Positions 49,934 to 59,556 of a stretch of 64,000 nt of DNA are shown in pieces. Source of the stretch: an uncultured delta proteobacterium. Lineage in GTDB: Bacteria > Desulfobacterota > Binatia > UBA9968. The notes beneath the pieces are model-generated. The model ran no database searches and was not told where the DNA came from. It worked only from the letters and a program-made list of their open reading frames with translations. Positions within the stretch are counted from its first letter, which is position 1; each line of letters starts with the position of its first letter. The stretch spans positions 128,001 through 192,000 of the forward strand of contig CAVTUQ010000012.1 of the NCBI GenBank assembly GCA_963737905.1, written 5' to 3'. A program made the position numbers and the translations under genes.

Positions 49934-51412
49934 TTACTGAGAGCCAGTGTTATGCTCATCACGTTTCTCATCATCTTGTGTCACAAAGCCGTAGAAGCCT
50001 GACCCTGCAGGGCTGCCGATGATTATGTTGGTAGGCCCGCCGGCGTTGGAAATCTTACTAAACGCATCGAAGTGAACCCCCTCGATAACATTATCCGTGT
50101 CGGTTGAGTTGGTTTGAATATCGAAGTTCCGATTCGTGGTGAGCTCAACCCCGAAGAAATGATTCCCAATGTTGGACTGCCCGCTAAACCACAAGCCGTT
50201 GTCGTTACCCGAGCCAGCGGTGTTTTGCATGGCAACGAGGTTTGTAAAGTCGTTATGTTGAGTCCTAAGTGTGATGGCAATTCCAGTTGAAGCGGAGTTA
50301 AGGCCGACTAGGTTTTCAAAGTTGGACTCAAGAAGGCCGTGAAACTTGATCCCGCGGCCATTGGCCCCCGTGCTGACTATGCGATCCCCGCTCGAATAGC
50401 TGCACGCTATCCATTGCGGGCCAAACCCGGTGGCGTTGATCGACTGGATTCCCTCGAAATGGGAATGTGTTTCAAAGGCTATATGAAAATCCGATTCGTT
50501 GGCACTTCCGCACTTCCTTAGCTTGATGTCCTCGTAGTGATTCTGATATCCCCTGAATGACCGGAGGCCCGATTCAGGACAGTTCAGAATCTCTAAGTGC
50601 TCGAATCGCCCATTGCGCACATCGTTAATCACAACTCCCCGGCGCACAGCCCCGGTGGCGGTCCCCATGTCGATTGTCAAGTCCGCTAAGCCCGGCGCAT
50701 AGAGCGGCGTCCATTCGTTGATGTTATGCGTATCGTTCGTGTTGATTGTAATCGGTGCTGGTACCTCAAGCGTCACGTTTAGGGATGCAATGCGCGTTAC
50801 TTCGGCAATTAGGGCGTTGGTGGCGCTTTGGCCTGGGGGGACCGTAACCGTTGCGTCAAGGTAGAGAAGTTCGCCGACCGCAAGACCCGACACGCTTGTC
50901 AGCCCCGCAACCTTACTGCCCCTGGTAAAATTCCTAGTCAGCGCCCCAAGCGCGGGGCCTAAGCCGGCACCCTGGAACGTGATGGCGTTAAACGGCGATA
51001 TCGCCCCGCTGCCCTTGAGAATCGTTACGCCTATGCCCGCGCCTCTTAGCGATACCTTTTGCTGATCGACAACTAGGCCAGCTGTGATTCGATATGTGCC
51101 CCGAGGAAAATACACTACACCACCACCGGCTGCCTCAACGGCGTCAATCGCCGCCTGTATTTCAGCCGTGTCGTCGGCCACACCATCGCCCGCCGCGCCA
51201 TAATCCAATACACTAAACGCTCCGAGGAAATCACCATGCGTGTGGTCGGACCTTGACGCCTCGTTTGAAAGGGCCGGCGCTCTTGCTGATTTGACCCGCT
51301 GCGGCGTGTCGTTACTCAGTGAGTCGGCACGGGTCTCATGATGCCCGCTTAAGAGTCTGAGAATCAGTGAGCAGAGGAAGATGGTATAGCAACGGTTACG
51401 ATTAGAACGCAT
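49934..51412 (-). CDS. right-handed beta-helix (pectate lyase 3/GH28-like, tailspike-like) protein
   Basis: SVLDYGAAGDGVADDTAEIQAAID...VYFPRGTYRI followed by Asn/Gly-rich beta-helix repeats. Confidence 0.85.
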   Translation of the reverse strand: MRSNRNRCYTIFLCSLILRLLSGHHETRADSLSNDTPQRVKSARAPALSNEASRSDHTHGDFLGAFSVLDYGAAGDGVADDTAEIQAAIDAVEAAGGGVVYFPRGTYRITAGLVVDQQKVSLRGAGIGVTILKGSGAISPFNAITFQGAGLGPALGALTRNFTRGSKVAGLTSVSGLAVGELLYLDATVTVPPGQSATNALIAEVTRIASLNVTLEVPAPITINTNDTHNINEWTPLYAPGLADLTIDMGTATGAVRRGVVINDVRNGRFEHLEILNCPESGLRSFRGYQNHYEDIKLRKCGSANESDFHIAFETHSHFEGIQSINATGFGPQWIACSYSSGDRIVSTGANGRGIKFHGLLESNFENLVGLNSASTGIAITLRTQHNDFTNLVAMQNTAGSGNDNGLWFSGQSNIGNHFFGVELTTNRNFDIQTNSTDTDNVIEGVHFDAFSKISNAGGPTNIIIGSPAGSGFYGFVTQDDEKRDEHNTGSQ

Positions 51413-51870
51413 GTTTCCTTTCTCGCTGCGGTGACTTCGAAGACCTATTGTTGCGGTCGAGCCGATGATAGAAGCAATTCATAGTCCAGATTCTCGGTTG
51501 TGCGGATGCAACGGCTTTAAGAGGTGACCAAGTTACAGTCGAGAATGAGCCGTTAGAGAATTTTTTTTGGTGGTCACATGAAGCCTGGGTGGCATCCCAA
51601 AACGTTTGTCGTAGCAGACACGAACGTTGGAGGTTGCCTACACTTAAGACAGTATTTAGTGCTATCTCCAGGGACCATGACCGTCTTGGAAGCCCTCGCG
51701 ATCTCAAAATCCGCTCCGGGCAGGCGTTTGAGAATTTTCTACTGTGCCGTCTTTTGTCCGTGTGAAGCTGGCGAAACGTTGCAAAACTCGGCAAGGACTC
51801 AACTGCACTGCTTATCGTTTGCTTAGGATTTTCTAGGAAGGCTTGTCTAAACTTAGCGATAGGTTGTAGA

Positions 51871-51914
51871 CTCACATGCGAGAGGTCGTAGTTCGAGTCC
51901 TACTGCGACCACCA
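51871..51914 (+). repeat. att-like duplication of the tRNA-Val 3' half
   Basis: CTCACATGCGAGAGGTCGTA-GTTCGAGTCCTACTGCGACCACCA equals 49677-49721 minus one G. Confidence 0.93.
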
Positions 51915-51983
51915 AATAAATCCATCTTCACGTCCCCGTTCCATGGTTCACACTGCGAATCATGCCTAAGGAGATATTGAAAG

Positions 51984-52862
51984 ATGAGCATTATTGACAC
52001 CCCGTTCAATACGGAATCCAGAATATCCTGCCTGTTATCACAAGGTGTGCGAACGGTGATCCGCTATTACAACTTCAGCAATTCAGGGATATTGCCCGAA
52101 AAGCGCATGGAGCTTGCCGAAGCTCAAGCGCTGGCAGGGCATGGGATGCAGATCGCCGCGGTATTCCAACAAAGACAGAATCAGCTAACCGACTTTACCA
52201 AATTGAAAGGGGTTGCCGCCGGGCGTCGAGCTTATCGCTATGCCCAGGACAATATTGGCCAACCAGATCGCTCGGGAATCTATTTCTCTGTAGATTTCGA
52301 CGCGAGCAACGACGAAGTCGAGAACAATGTCGCGCCCTACTTTGAAGGCGTAAAGCAAGCATTCTCCGAAGAAAGCGGGGGAAACCCTGAATACCGTATC
52401 GGAGCCTACGGGTCGGGATTGGTCTGCACCGCCCTTACTGGAAAGGGGTTAATTGATTTCACTTGGTTGGCGATGTCGCGTGGTTTTCGGGGTACCCGAG
52501 AGGCATTGAGCGCGGGTGAATTTCACCTGGCTCAACGCGCCCCGGCTGCGACACTCTGTGGACTCGGCGTTGATTTCAATGATCCCAACCCAGATCGCCC
52601 CGATTTTGGCGCATTCACACTCGTTGACGACACTACGCCGCCCGGCCCCGTTGCTACCATTGGCCAGCGGTACAGGGTAGTCGCGCGTAGCGGATTACGA
52701 CTGCGCGAAGGCCCTGGCACCCAATTCGACATAATCGGCGGATTGCGCCCTGGGCAGATGGTTTTCGTGGCGTCGATCAGCGACGGATGGGCTCGCGTGG
52801 ATGCGGAGGGCGATGGCCACATCGACGGCTTTGCCTCTGCTGGTTTCCTGGAGCGTATCTAG
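51984..52862 (+). CDS. DUF1906 (Rv2525c-like) glycoside hydrolase with C-terminal SH3b domain; putative peptidoglycan hydrolase
   Basis: VIRYY...IYFSVDFD...IGAYGSG..C...WLA, then GLRLREGPGTQF...GWARV...GFASAGFL. Confidence 0.85.
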   Translation: MSIIDTPFNTESRISCLLSQGVRTVIRYYNFSNSGILPEKRMELAEAQALAGHGMQIAAVFQQRQNQLTDFTKLKGVAAGRRAYRYAQDNIGQPDRSGIYFSVDFDASNDEVENNVAPYFEGVKQAFSEESGGNPEYRIGAYGSGLVCTALTGKGLIDFTWLAMSRGFRGTREALSAGEFHLAQRAPAATLCGLGVDFNDPNPDRPDFGAFTLVDDTTPPGPVATIGQRYRVVARSGLRLREGPGTQFDIIGGLRPGQMVFVASISDGWARVDAEGDGHIDGFASAGFLERI

Positions 52863-52871
52863 CGTTCATTT

Positions 52872-52910
52872 GCGATAGGATATAGACCCACACGAGAGAG
52901 GTCGTAGGTT
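52872..52910 (+). repeat. second, degenerate att-like site
   Basis: GCGATAGGATATAGACCCACACGAGAGAGGTCGTAG is 31/36 identical to 51856-51891 and continues as the tRNA sequence GAGAGGTCGTAGGTT. Confidence 0.75.
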
Positions 52911-52969
52911 GTCTGCGAAAATTGTTCTGCTGCGGCTACACACTGCATTTCAACTTCAGTGATAACTAG

Positions 52970-53782
52970 ATGGCCGAGCTGATTGAAGAGAGAGGGTTGG
53001 TAAGGCCCGTTTCGCGCAAGCTTCGGCTCGACCTGCTTACCCAGCGCATTGTACTGGTGGCGGTGGTCGGTGGTATCTGGTGGCTATTATCGCTGTCGGT
53101 GCCCCATTACATCCTACCCGGACCGGCGCGTGTGTGGGAAGCACTGCAACTCATTGCCCGCAATGGCGATCTGTGGAGCAATCTCGGCATCACGTTCTGG
53201 CGTGTGACCGTCGGTTTTGCGTTTGCGACGTTGGTGGGACTCCCCTTCGGCATAGTGCTTGGAGCGAACAAGCGCGTTGGCGATTTCTTCGAGCCCGTGA
53301 TTCCGGTACTGAACACAGTCTCCTCTGCAATCTGGGCAATTTTCGCCATTATCTGGTTCGGCATTTCCAACGCCACGACGATTTTTGTCGTGTTCATGAC
53401 CGCGATGCCTTTGATTGTTACCAACGTTTGGCAGGGTACGCGCACGGTGAATGCCGATTTCATCGAGCTTGCCCGCGTCTTGCGCATGCCGGATTGGAAG
53501 ATCATGACCAAAATCTACCTGCCGACGATACTTCCGCATTTTTTCTCCGGCGCCCGTCTCGCATTCGGCTTCGGCTGGCGAGTTTCGCTTGTCGCCGAAA
53601 CGATCGGCTCTTCGAGTGGCGTCGGCTATCGTTTGCGCCAGGCGGCGGACTTGATCAGAACCGATCAGGTGTTTGCCTGGACCTTGACCTTGGTCATCAT
53701 GATGGCCACGATTGAAATGGGAATCCTGAAGCCTCTGGAAAACCATCTGTTTCGCTGGAAGAAGGATGCGGCAGCGGAATGA
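52970..53782 (+). CDS. ABC transporter permease (SsuC/TauC-like)
   Basis: Multiple TM helices, LPTILP..FSGARL and VAE.IG.SSGVG. Confidence 0.92.
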   Translation: MAELIEERGLVRPVSRKLRLDLLTQRIVLVAVVGGIWWLLSLSVPHYILPGPARVWEALQLIARNGDLWSNLGITFWRVTVGFAFATLVGLPFGIVLGANKRVGDFFEPVIPVLNTVSSAIWAIFAIIWFGISNATTIFVVFMTAMPLIVTNVWQGTRTVNADFIELARVLRMPDWKIMTKIYLPTILPHFFSGARLAFGFGWRVSLVAETIGSSSGVGYRLRQAADLIRTDQVFAWTLTLVIMMATIEMGILKPLENHLFRWKKDAAAE

Positions 53783-53940
53783 GACCTCCGGAGTCGTGGA
53801 TGATATCTAACAGGCTGCTCAAAAAGATCTGGCCGAAATCGCGTACGGCAGACCGCTTATGGCATATAGGGGGAACCCAGGAACCACATGCTACAAGCCA
53901 TAGGCCATAGGCCAGCCGACAGTAAGGGGATACTCCTGCC

Positions 53941-54729
53941 GTGGACGGCCTAACTCAGGAAGCTCATACCGACGTGGAGCGCGGCTCTTTTGCGATCCGG
54001 GTTGACGGCATCGACAAAAGCTTCGCGAACTCAGGGGAGCCGCTCGAGGTACTCAAGGATATCAATCTCACGGTTGCCGAGCACGCGATCGTGGGATTGC
54101 TCGGTGCCTCCGGCTCCGGCAAGAGCACTTTGCTCAATATCATCTCAGGCATCGTCAAGCCCGACCGCGGAAAGGTCTGTCTCTGCGGCGCTTCTAGCGA
54201 CCAGTTCAACGACTGGTGTGCTATCGGCTACATGTTCCAGGATGACCGTCTGTTGCCGTGGCGCACGGCGATTGGCAATGTCGAATTTGCCCTGGAGGCA
54301 GGCTCACTTTCGAAGGTGGAGCGGGTTCGGCGCGCGGGTGAAACGCTGGAGCTCGTCGACTTGGGTGGATTCGAAGAGGCGTTCCCCTATCAGCTATCCG
54401 GCGGCATGAGAAGCCGTGTAGCGCTGGCGCGGAGCCTCATAACGGAGCCGCGCATTCTCCTGATGGATGAACCTTTCTCGAGACTCGACGCGCAAACACG
54501 GACACTCATGCATTCCGAGCTGCTACGCATCCACGAGTTAAAACGCATGACCGTTGTGTTTGTAACCCATGATGTGGCGGAAGCCGTGCTGCTGGCCGAT
54601 CAAGTCGCGGTCATGTCGCCGCGGCCGGGGACGATCCGCGAAGTTGTTGAGATTGCGCTTGAGCGTCCCCGCGATGCCACACAGCCCGAAGTTACGAGCT
54701 ATATTCAGAGACTGCGGGCACTTATCTAA
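53941..54729 (+). CDS. ABC transporter ATP-binding protein (SsuB/TauB-like)
   Basis: GASGSGKST, LSGGM, LMDEPF and VTHD motifs. Confidence 0.95.
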   Translation: MDGLTQEAHTDVERGSFAIRVDGIDKSFANSGEPLEVLKDINLTVAEHAIVGLLGASGSGKSTLLNIISGIVKPDRGKVCLCGASSDQFNDWCAIGYMFQDDRLLPWRTAIGNVEFALEAGSLSKVERVRRAGETLELVDLGGFEEAFPYQLSGGMRSRVALARSLITEPRILLMDEPFSRLDAQTRTLMHSELLRIHELKRMTVVFVTHDVAEAVLLADQVAVMSPRPGTIREVVEIALERPRDATQPEVTSYIQRLRALI

Positions 54730-54746
54730 TTCAAGGGAGGGTAGAG

Positions 54747-55733
54747 ATGAAAACAAGAAAATTAATCATTGGGATATCTGCTTTAGCGGTGGTGTTATCG
54801 TTGCCCGGCCCGCTATTTGCGCAAAAGATGAAGGTTGGCTATTGGACCAGCGGCTTCAGCCTGGGATTCGGCGCCGTCATGGAGCAAATGAAATTCGCCG
54901 AAAAAGAAGGCCTCAACGTCGAATGGGTGAAGTTTGCCGAGGTGAACGGACCAACCCGCGCGATCGTCTCTAACGCGATCGACGTCGCCTTTGCTGCGCC
55001 CTCTACCAATTCCATCGGCATCGCCGCCGACGGCGTCCCGGTCAAGATCGTGCTCGCGACCCAGATCGCTGAGGCTCAAGTCGTTGTTCCCGAGGGTTCG
55101 CCGATCAAAGCCATAACCGATCTCAAAGGCAAGAAAATCGGCATGTCGCCCGCTGGAAGCGCCACCCACGCCATTGCCACCGCAATTCTAGATCACAATT
55201 TCGGTATCAAGCCCAGTGAATACAGCATTGCGCCAGGCAACGAAGCGCAGCTAGCGCAGTTCTTGACCCAGAAAGAAATCGATGCCGGCGTGCTCCGCTC
55301 AGTGACCATCGCTCAAATGGGGGATGCCAAACTCAGGCGGCTTGGGAGTATCGTGGAAGAGTGGAAAAAGCTGACCAAGGGCAACGCACCGCCGATTCTC
55401 GCGGTTACCATCGTATATAGCGATTATCTTCTTAAAAACCAGGATGCAGTCGCTAAATTTATCGCCGCCACGCAAAAGGGTCTCCAGTATGGTTCGAAGA
55501 ACAAGCCGAACGTTGCAGAAATACTTCAGAAGGCGGCGAACATGAATGCCACCGATGCACGCGCTTATGCCGATCAATGGGACGGCGCCTACATCGCGAG
55601 CTTCGAGCCGCAGGACATCGCCTCGCTGAAACGGATGTACGATATCGTTAAAACGGTAGGCGGGGCTACGAAGGATCCGCCGGATGGCGTCTTCGACACC
55701 GGGCCGTATACCCGCTCCAAGCAGATCAAGTAG
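54747..55733 (+). CDS. ABC transporter substrate-binding protein (SsuA-like)
   Basis: Signal peptide and DLKGKKIG; operonic with the permease and ATPase. Confidence 0.9.
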   Translation: MKTRKLIIGISALAVVLSLPGPLFAQKMKVGYWTSGFSLGFGAVMEQMKFAEKEGLNVEWVKFAEVNGPTRAIVSNAIDVAFAAPSTNSIGIAADGVPVKIVLATQIAEAQVVVPEGSPIKAITDLKGKKIGMSPAGSATHAIATAILDHNFGIKPSEYSIAPGNEAQLAQFLTQKEIDAGVLRSVTIAQMGDAKLRRLGSIVEEWKKLTKGNAPPILAVTIVYSDYLLKNQDAVAKFIAATQKGLQYGSKNKPNVAEILQKAANMNATDARAYADQWDGAYIASFEPQDIASLKRMYDIVKTVGGATKDPPDGVFDTGPYTRSKQIK

Positions 55734-55806
55734 TCCTTGCCGGGATTATTTACGTGAAGCGACGAACAGGGGGCGAGCCCTCCGGATCAAGTGGGGAGGG
55801 ACTAGA

Positions 55807-55834
55807 GTTCAATGTTCAAAGTTCAACGTTCAAC
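55807..55834 (+). repeat. 7-bp tandem repeat (GTTCAAN)4
   Basis: GTTCAAT GTTCAAA GTTCAAC GTTCAAC. Confidence 0.75.
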
Positions 55835-56108
55835 GTGCGCGGCGCGTGGACTATGATGGCAGCAGGAATGCAAGCCAGGTTTGGGCCAGGAGATCAAGAG
55901 GGTTCCAGGGCGGGCAACGACATGGCCACCGTGATTGACTTGGTTTCAGACTAGTAATAATCGATAGAAGAGCGCCTTTCCATGCGACCTGCTCCCATAG
56001 GATTTCACTTGTTGTACAAACGCAAGAAGTAATCTCGCCGATATTCCCCGTGTGGGACCGGGAACACGGCGGTGAATGGCTAGCAGAAGCTACTGAATAG
56101 GAGAAAAC

Positions 56109-57000
56109 ATGATTCGAGGAGTATTGTTGCCGATCATCACGCCGTTCGATGAGAAAGTACGGGTTGACGAACAACTCATGCGCCAGCTCGTGGACTTTCA
56201 TATCGGCGCAGGCGTTCAGGGGCTTTTCGTTCTCGGCTCGACGGGCCAAGGGCCGGCGATGACGATAGAAGAACGCAAGCAGGCTGCCGAGATCACCCTT
56301 GACCAGGCGAAAGCGCGTGTGCCCGTGGTGATCCATATCGGAACGGCGGACGCCGGAAGCACAGTGGAGCTGGCGGAACATGCGGCGGCGCACAAGGCCG
56401 ACGCCGTCGCTATTGTGCCGCCTTACTACTACTCGGATCATACGGAATACGAGATCATCGCCCACTACAAAGCGGTCGCTAAAGCGGTGCCGTTGCCGAT
56501 CTATATTTACGAGAATCCTAAGTACTCGGGTATTTCGATACCTCCCGGATTGGCCTTGCGCATGAAGGAACAGGTGCCTGCCCTCAAAGGGATCAAAGTC
56601 GCTTATGGCCAGGGAGCATTACTCGAGTATGTGAGACTATTGCCGGACGTTTCCGTTTTCACCGGCAACGCGGATTTGTTCGGCCTGGTGCCTTTCGGCC
56701 TGGCAGGGATGATCAATCCGCCGACCAGCTTTGTCCCGGAACTCTGCGTGGAGTTATTCGATGCTCTCGATGGCAAGGACTACGCGCGTGCGGTGGAAGC
56801 GCAGAAAAGAGTCGATACTGCCGTCCGGCTGGTGGCAGGCGCGATTGCGTAAATATGGACGCGTTCCCCTGCAAGAAGTGTTTCGGATGCGCGGCTTTGC
56901 GGTGAAACGTTTTCCAAAATGGGAGACGGAACAAATGCCCAAAGATGAAGTGGCGAAGTTAGAACGCGAACTCAGGGAAGCGGGGATTCTGGGACAGTGA
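56109..57000 (+). CDS. DapA/NAL family aldolase (frameshift ~56838)
   Basis: ITPF, GSTGQG, PPYY, YENP and GIK Schiff-base Lys. Continues in a shifted frame as RLRKYGRVPLQEVFRMRG...LREAGILGQ*. Confidence 0.85.
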
Positions 57001-57051
57001 CCGCGGAGACTTCTCGGATCACAAGCCTACTGATAATTAACGATACATTCG

Positions 57052-57558
57052 ATGAACGACGAACTCGCAAAGCGCTTGGTGCAAGGTCTCAAAGACGCGG
57101 CAATTAATTTTGTCACCTACTTACCCGAGACCCGGCTCAGCCAAATCGTACCGTTGATCCAACAGGATCCGGAGATCGAACTGATCGCCGCCGCCAGCGA
57201 ACAGGAAGCGGTGACGATCGCTGCTGGCGCGACCCTCGGCGGGAAGCAGGCGGCCGTCTACATGGAAAATACCGGCATCTTTGTATCGAGTTACAGCCTG
57301 CTCACGGTGGGCAAACAACTCGGGGTGCCCATCCTCCTCGTCGTAGGCTATCTGGGTGGCGTTCCCGATCAGCGCAACAGTTTTCTCTACGCCACGATCG
57401 GTAGCCACACGATGCCAGTGCTTCAGGGCTTGGGAATCGAATACATGGTTCTCGAAGACGGTGATAAGCTGGAGGCCAAGATCAAAGACGCGGTTCGCGC
57501 CGCCAACGCATTACGCGGTCCTTTTGCATTGTTATTTGCCGGGGAGTTTTCCATATGA
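57052..57558 (+). CDS. TPP-dependent decarboxylase alpha subunit (ComD/phosphonopyruvate decarboxylase-like)
   Basis: YLPET...SEQEAV.IAAGA.LGG...MENTG. Confidence 0.8.
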   Translation: MNDELAKRLVQGLKDAAINFVTYLPETRLSQIVPLIQQDPEIELIAAASEQEAVTIAAGATLGGKQAAVYMENTGIFVSSYSLLTVGKQLGVPILLVVGYLGGVPDQRNSFLYATIGSHTMPVLQGLGIEYMVLEDGDKLEAKIKDAVRAANALRGPFALLFAGEFSI

Positions 57559-58157
57559 TTCGTCACCAATGTCTCGAACTGCTCGCCGGCAAAATGAACG
57601 ATCAGCTGGTCGTGACTTCACAGAGCGGCCAGCGCATCGAGTGGTCACATCTATCGAAGCACGAGGGAAATCTGCTGGTCGGAATGATGGGCTGCGCAGT
57701 CGGCGTCGGGATGGGTTTAGCTCTGGCATTACCGCATCGCAAAGTGATCGTCCTCGACTCGGACGGGAGCGTGCTGCTCTCTCTCTTCAATCTCGCGACA
57801 TTGGGTAACCTGCGGCCGAAAAATCTGATTATTTATGTATTCGATAACGGCGTTTATAGCGGTAGCCGGATCAGTTATCCTACGGCGACATCTGGAAACA
57901 CCGATCTGGAAGCGATGGCGCGTGGAGCGGGGATCAAGAATGCGCACACGATTCGGGATATCGAAGGATTCAAAGGAAAAGGATTAGGCGCGCTGGAGCA
58001 AAGCGAATTAGCGTTGTTTGTTTGCAAAGTTGAAGAGAGTCTCATGCACCGGGAAATTCCCCGTCCGAACACAGACCTCGCGGAGAACAAGTACACATTC
58101 GTGAGATATCTGGAGCGGACGGAAGGGAAACCCATGCCGTTTATCGGCCGGGGCTAA
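57555..58157 (+). CDS. TPP-dependent decarboxylase beta subunit (ComE-like)
   Basis: GMMG...GLALA...DSDGS...FDNGVY; overlaps the alpha gene. Confidence 0.8.
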   Translation: MIRHQCLELLAGKMNDQLVVTSQSGQRIEWSHLSKHEGNLLVGMMGCAVGVGMGLALALPHRKVIVLDSDGSVLLSLFNLATLGNLRPKNLIIYVFDNGVYSGSRISYPTATSGNTDLEAMARGAGIKNAHTIRDIEGFKGKGLGALEQSELALFVCKVEESLMHREIPRPNTDLAENKYTFVRYLERTEGKPMPFIGRG

Positions 58158-58177
58158 ATTGAGTTGGGGAGGTCGAG

Positions 58178-59209
58178 ATGCGAGAGGTTTTAGGAACATT
58201 GGCGGTGGTTGTCGCTGCGGTTTGGATTACCGGCAACCGGACACCCGCGAACGCGCAAGATTTCTACAAAGACAAGACTGTTCGTTTCATCGTCGGTTAC
58301 TCTGCCGGAGGTTCATTTGATCTTTACACCCGGGTGATCGCGCGCCATTTCTCCAAGCATGTTCCGGGAAATCCAACCACCGTTGTTGAAAACATGACCG
58401 GCGCCGGCGGGATCATCGCCGCGAATCATATCTATAACCGCGCCGCGCCGGACGGTGTCACCATCGGCGCATGGGCGGCGCCGCTGGTATTGCAGAATGT
58501 CATGGGCAATGATGCGACAAAATTCGACGGGCGCAGGTTCGGTTATCTCGGCGTTCCGAGTCCTTATGATACCGTCTGCACGTTCAATGAAAAAAGCGGC
58601 GTCGCGAACATGAGCGACTGGATAACTGCCAAACGGCCGATGAAGATCTCGGCCATCGGGCCCGGCACCAGCACGTCGGATATTCCGAAGCTGCTCAAGG
58701 CGGCGCTCAACTTGCCGCTGGAAGTCCTTGACGGCTACAAAGGCGGGTCCGACGCGCGCTTGGCGGTTGAATCGGGAGAAGTCGACGGCTATTGCGGCTC
58801 CTGGCAAACGGTGGAAACCGTCTGGCGGAGTGCTTATGAAAGCGGAAAAATCCGCGCGGTTCTTCAGGCCTCGCTCGAGCCCTATTCAAAGTACAAGGAT
58901 GTGCCGCTGGCGATCAATTATGCCAAGACCGATCTCGCGCGCCAGCTTGTCACAGTAGCGGATAGCGCCCACGGCGCGCAGTTTCCCTATACGGTTCCGC
59001 CGGGGCTGCCTAAAGATCGGCTCGAGCTTTTGCAGAAAGCGTTTGTCGAGACGCTAAAAGACCCGGAGTTGCTGGCGGAAGCCAAGAAATCGAAGTTGGA
59101 TATCGAAGTCATCGACGGACCGACGATAGCAAAAAAGTTGGGGCAGCTGTATGATCTTAAGCCCGAGGTTGTGGCGAAGCTTAGAGAAATCTTGTTGCCG
59201 AAAAAATAA
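58178..59209 (+). CDS. TctC/Bug family substrate-binding protein
   Basis: GYSAGGSFD, ENMTGAGG, PDG and GYKG motifs. Confidence 0.9.
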   Translation: MREVLGTLAVVVAAVWITGNRTPANAQDFYKDKTVRFIVGYSAGGSFDLYTRVIARHFSKHVPGNPTTVVENMTGAGGIIAANHIYNRAAPDGVTIGAWAAPLVLQNVMGNDATKFDGRRFGYLGVPSPYDTVCTFNEKSGVANMSDWITAKRPMKISAIGPGTSTSDIPKLLKAALNLPLEVLDGYKGGSDARLAVESGEVDGYCGSWQTVETVWRSAYESGKIRAVLQASLEPYSKYKDVPLAINYAKTDLARQLVTVADSAHGAQFPYTVPPGLPKDRLELLQKAFVETLKDPELLAEAKKSKLDIEVIDGPTIAKKLGQLYDLKPEVVAKLREILLPKK

Positions 59210-59556
59210 TCGGTATCGCGAGCGTGACCCGTGATCGTGCCCGTGGTCATGAAAGCGAAGCAAAATGGAGAGCGGTGTTGGTTCGACAATAGTCACAAGC
59301 TTGCATCGATAAACGCTACGGGCAAATTTCGTAGGATCGAGTCGTCGGAGAATTCAATTCAGATACAGGGCTAAAACGTTCTTGTTCAGATCTTAGCAAA
59401 ACGCTATTGCAGGTGCACGATGACAATAGAAGTCCTGGCGTCAAGCCATCGAAACCATGACTTGCTTGACAGAGAGTGAGCTTTGCTTGTAGACCTTTTT
59501 TGTTGGTACTTTGACTTCCCGCCCGGTGGGGAAGCCTGTGGAGGAGTGAACAAGTC

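Larger units (their letters stand above)
49722..51914. mobile_element. small integrase-less island 1 at the tRNA-Val 3' end
   Basis: Bounded by the tRNA and a 44-bp copy of its 3' half at 51871-51914. Confidence 0.75.

Noticed and set aside
51871-51914. Second tRNA gene
   Set aside because: Only the 3' half is present, with no D-arm or 5' acceptor strand; it is an att duplication.
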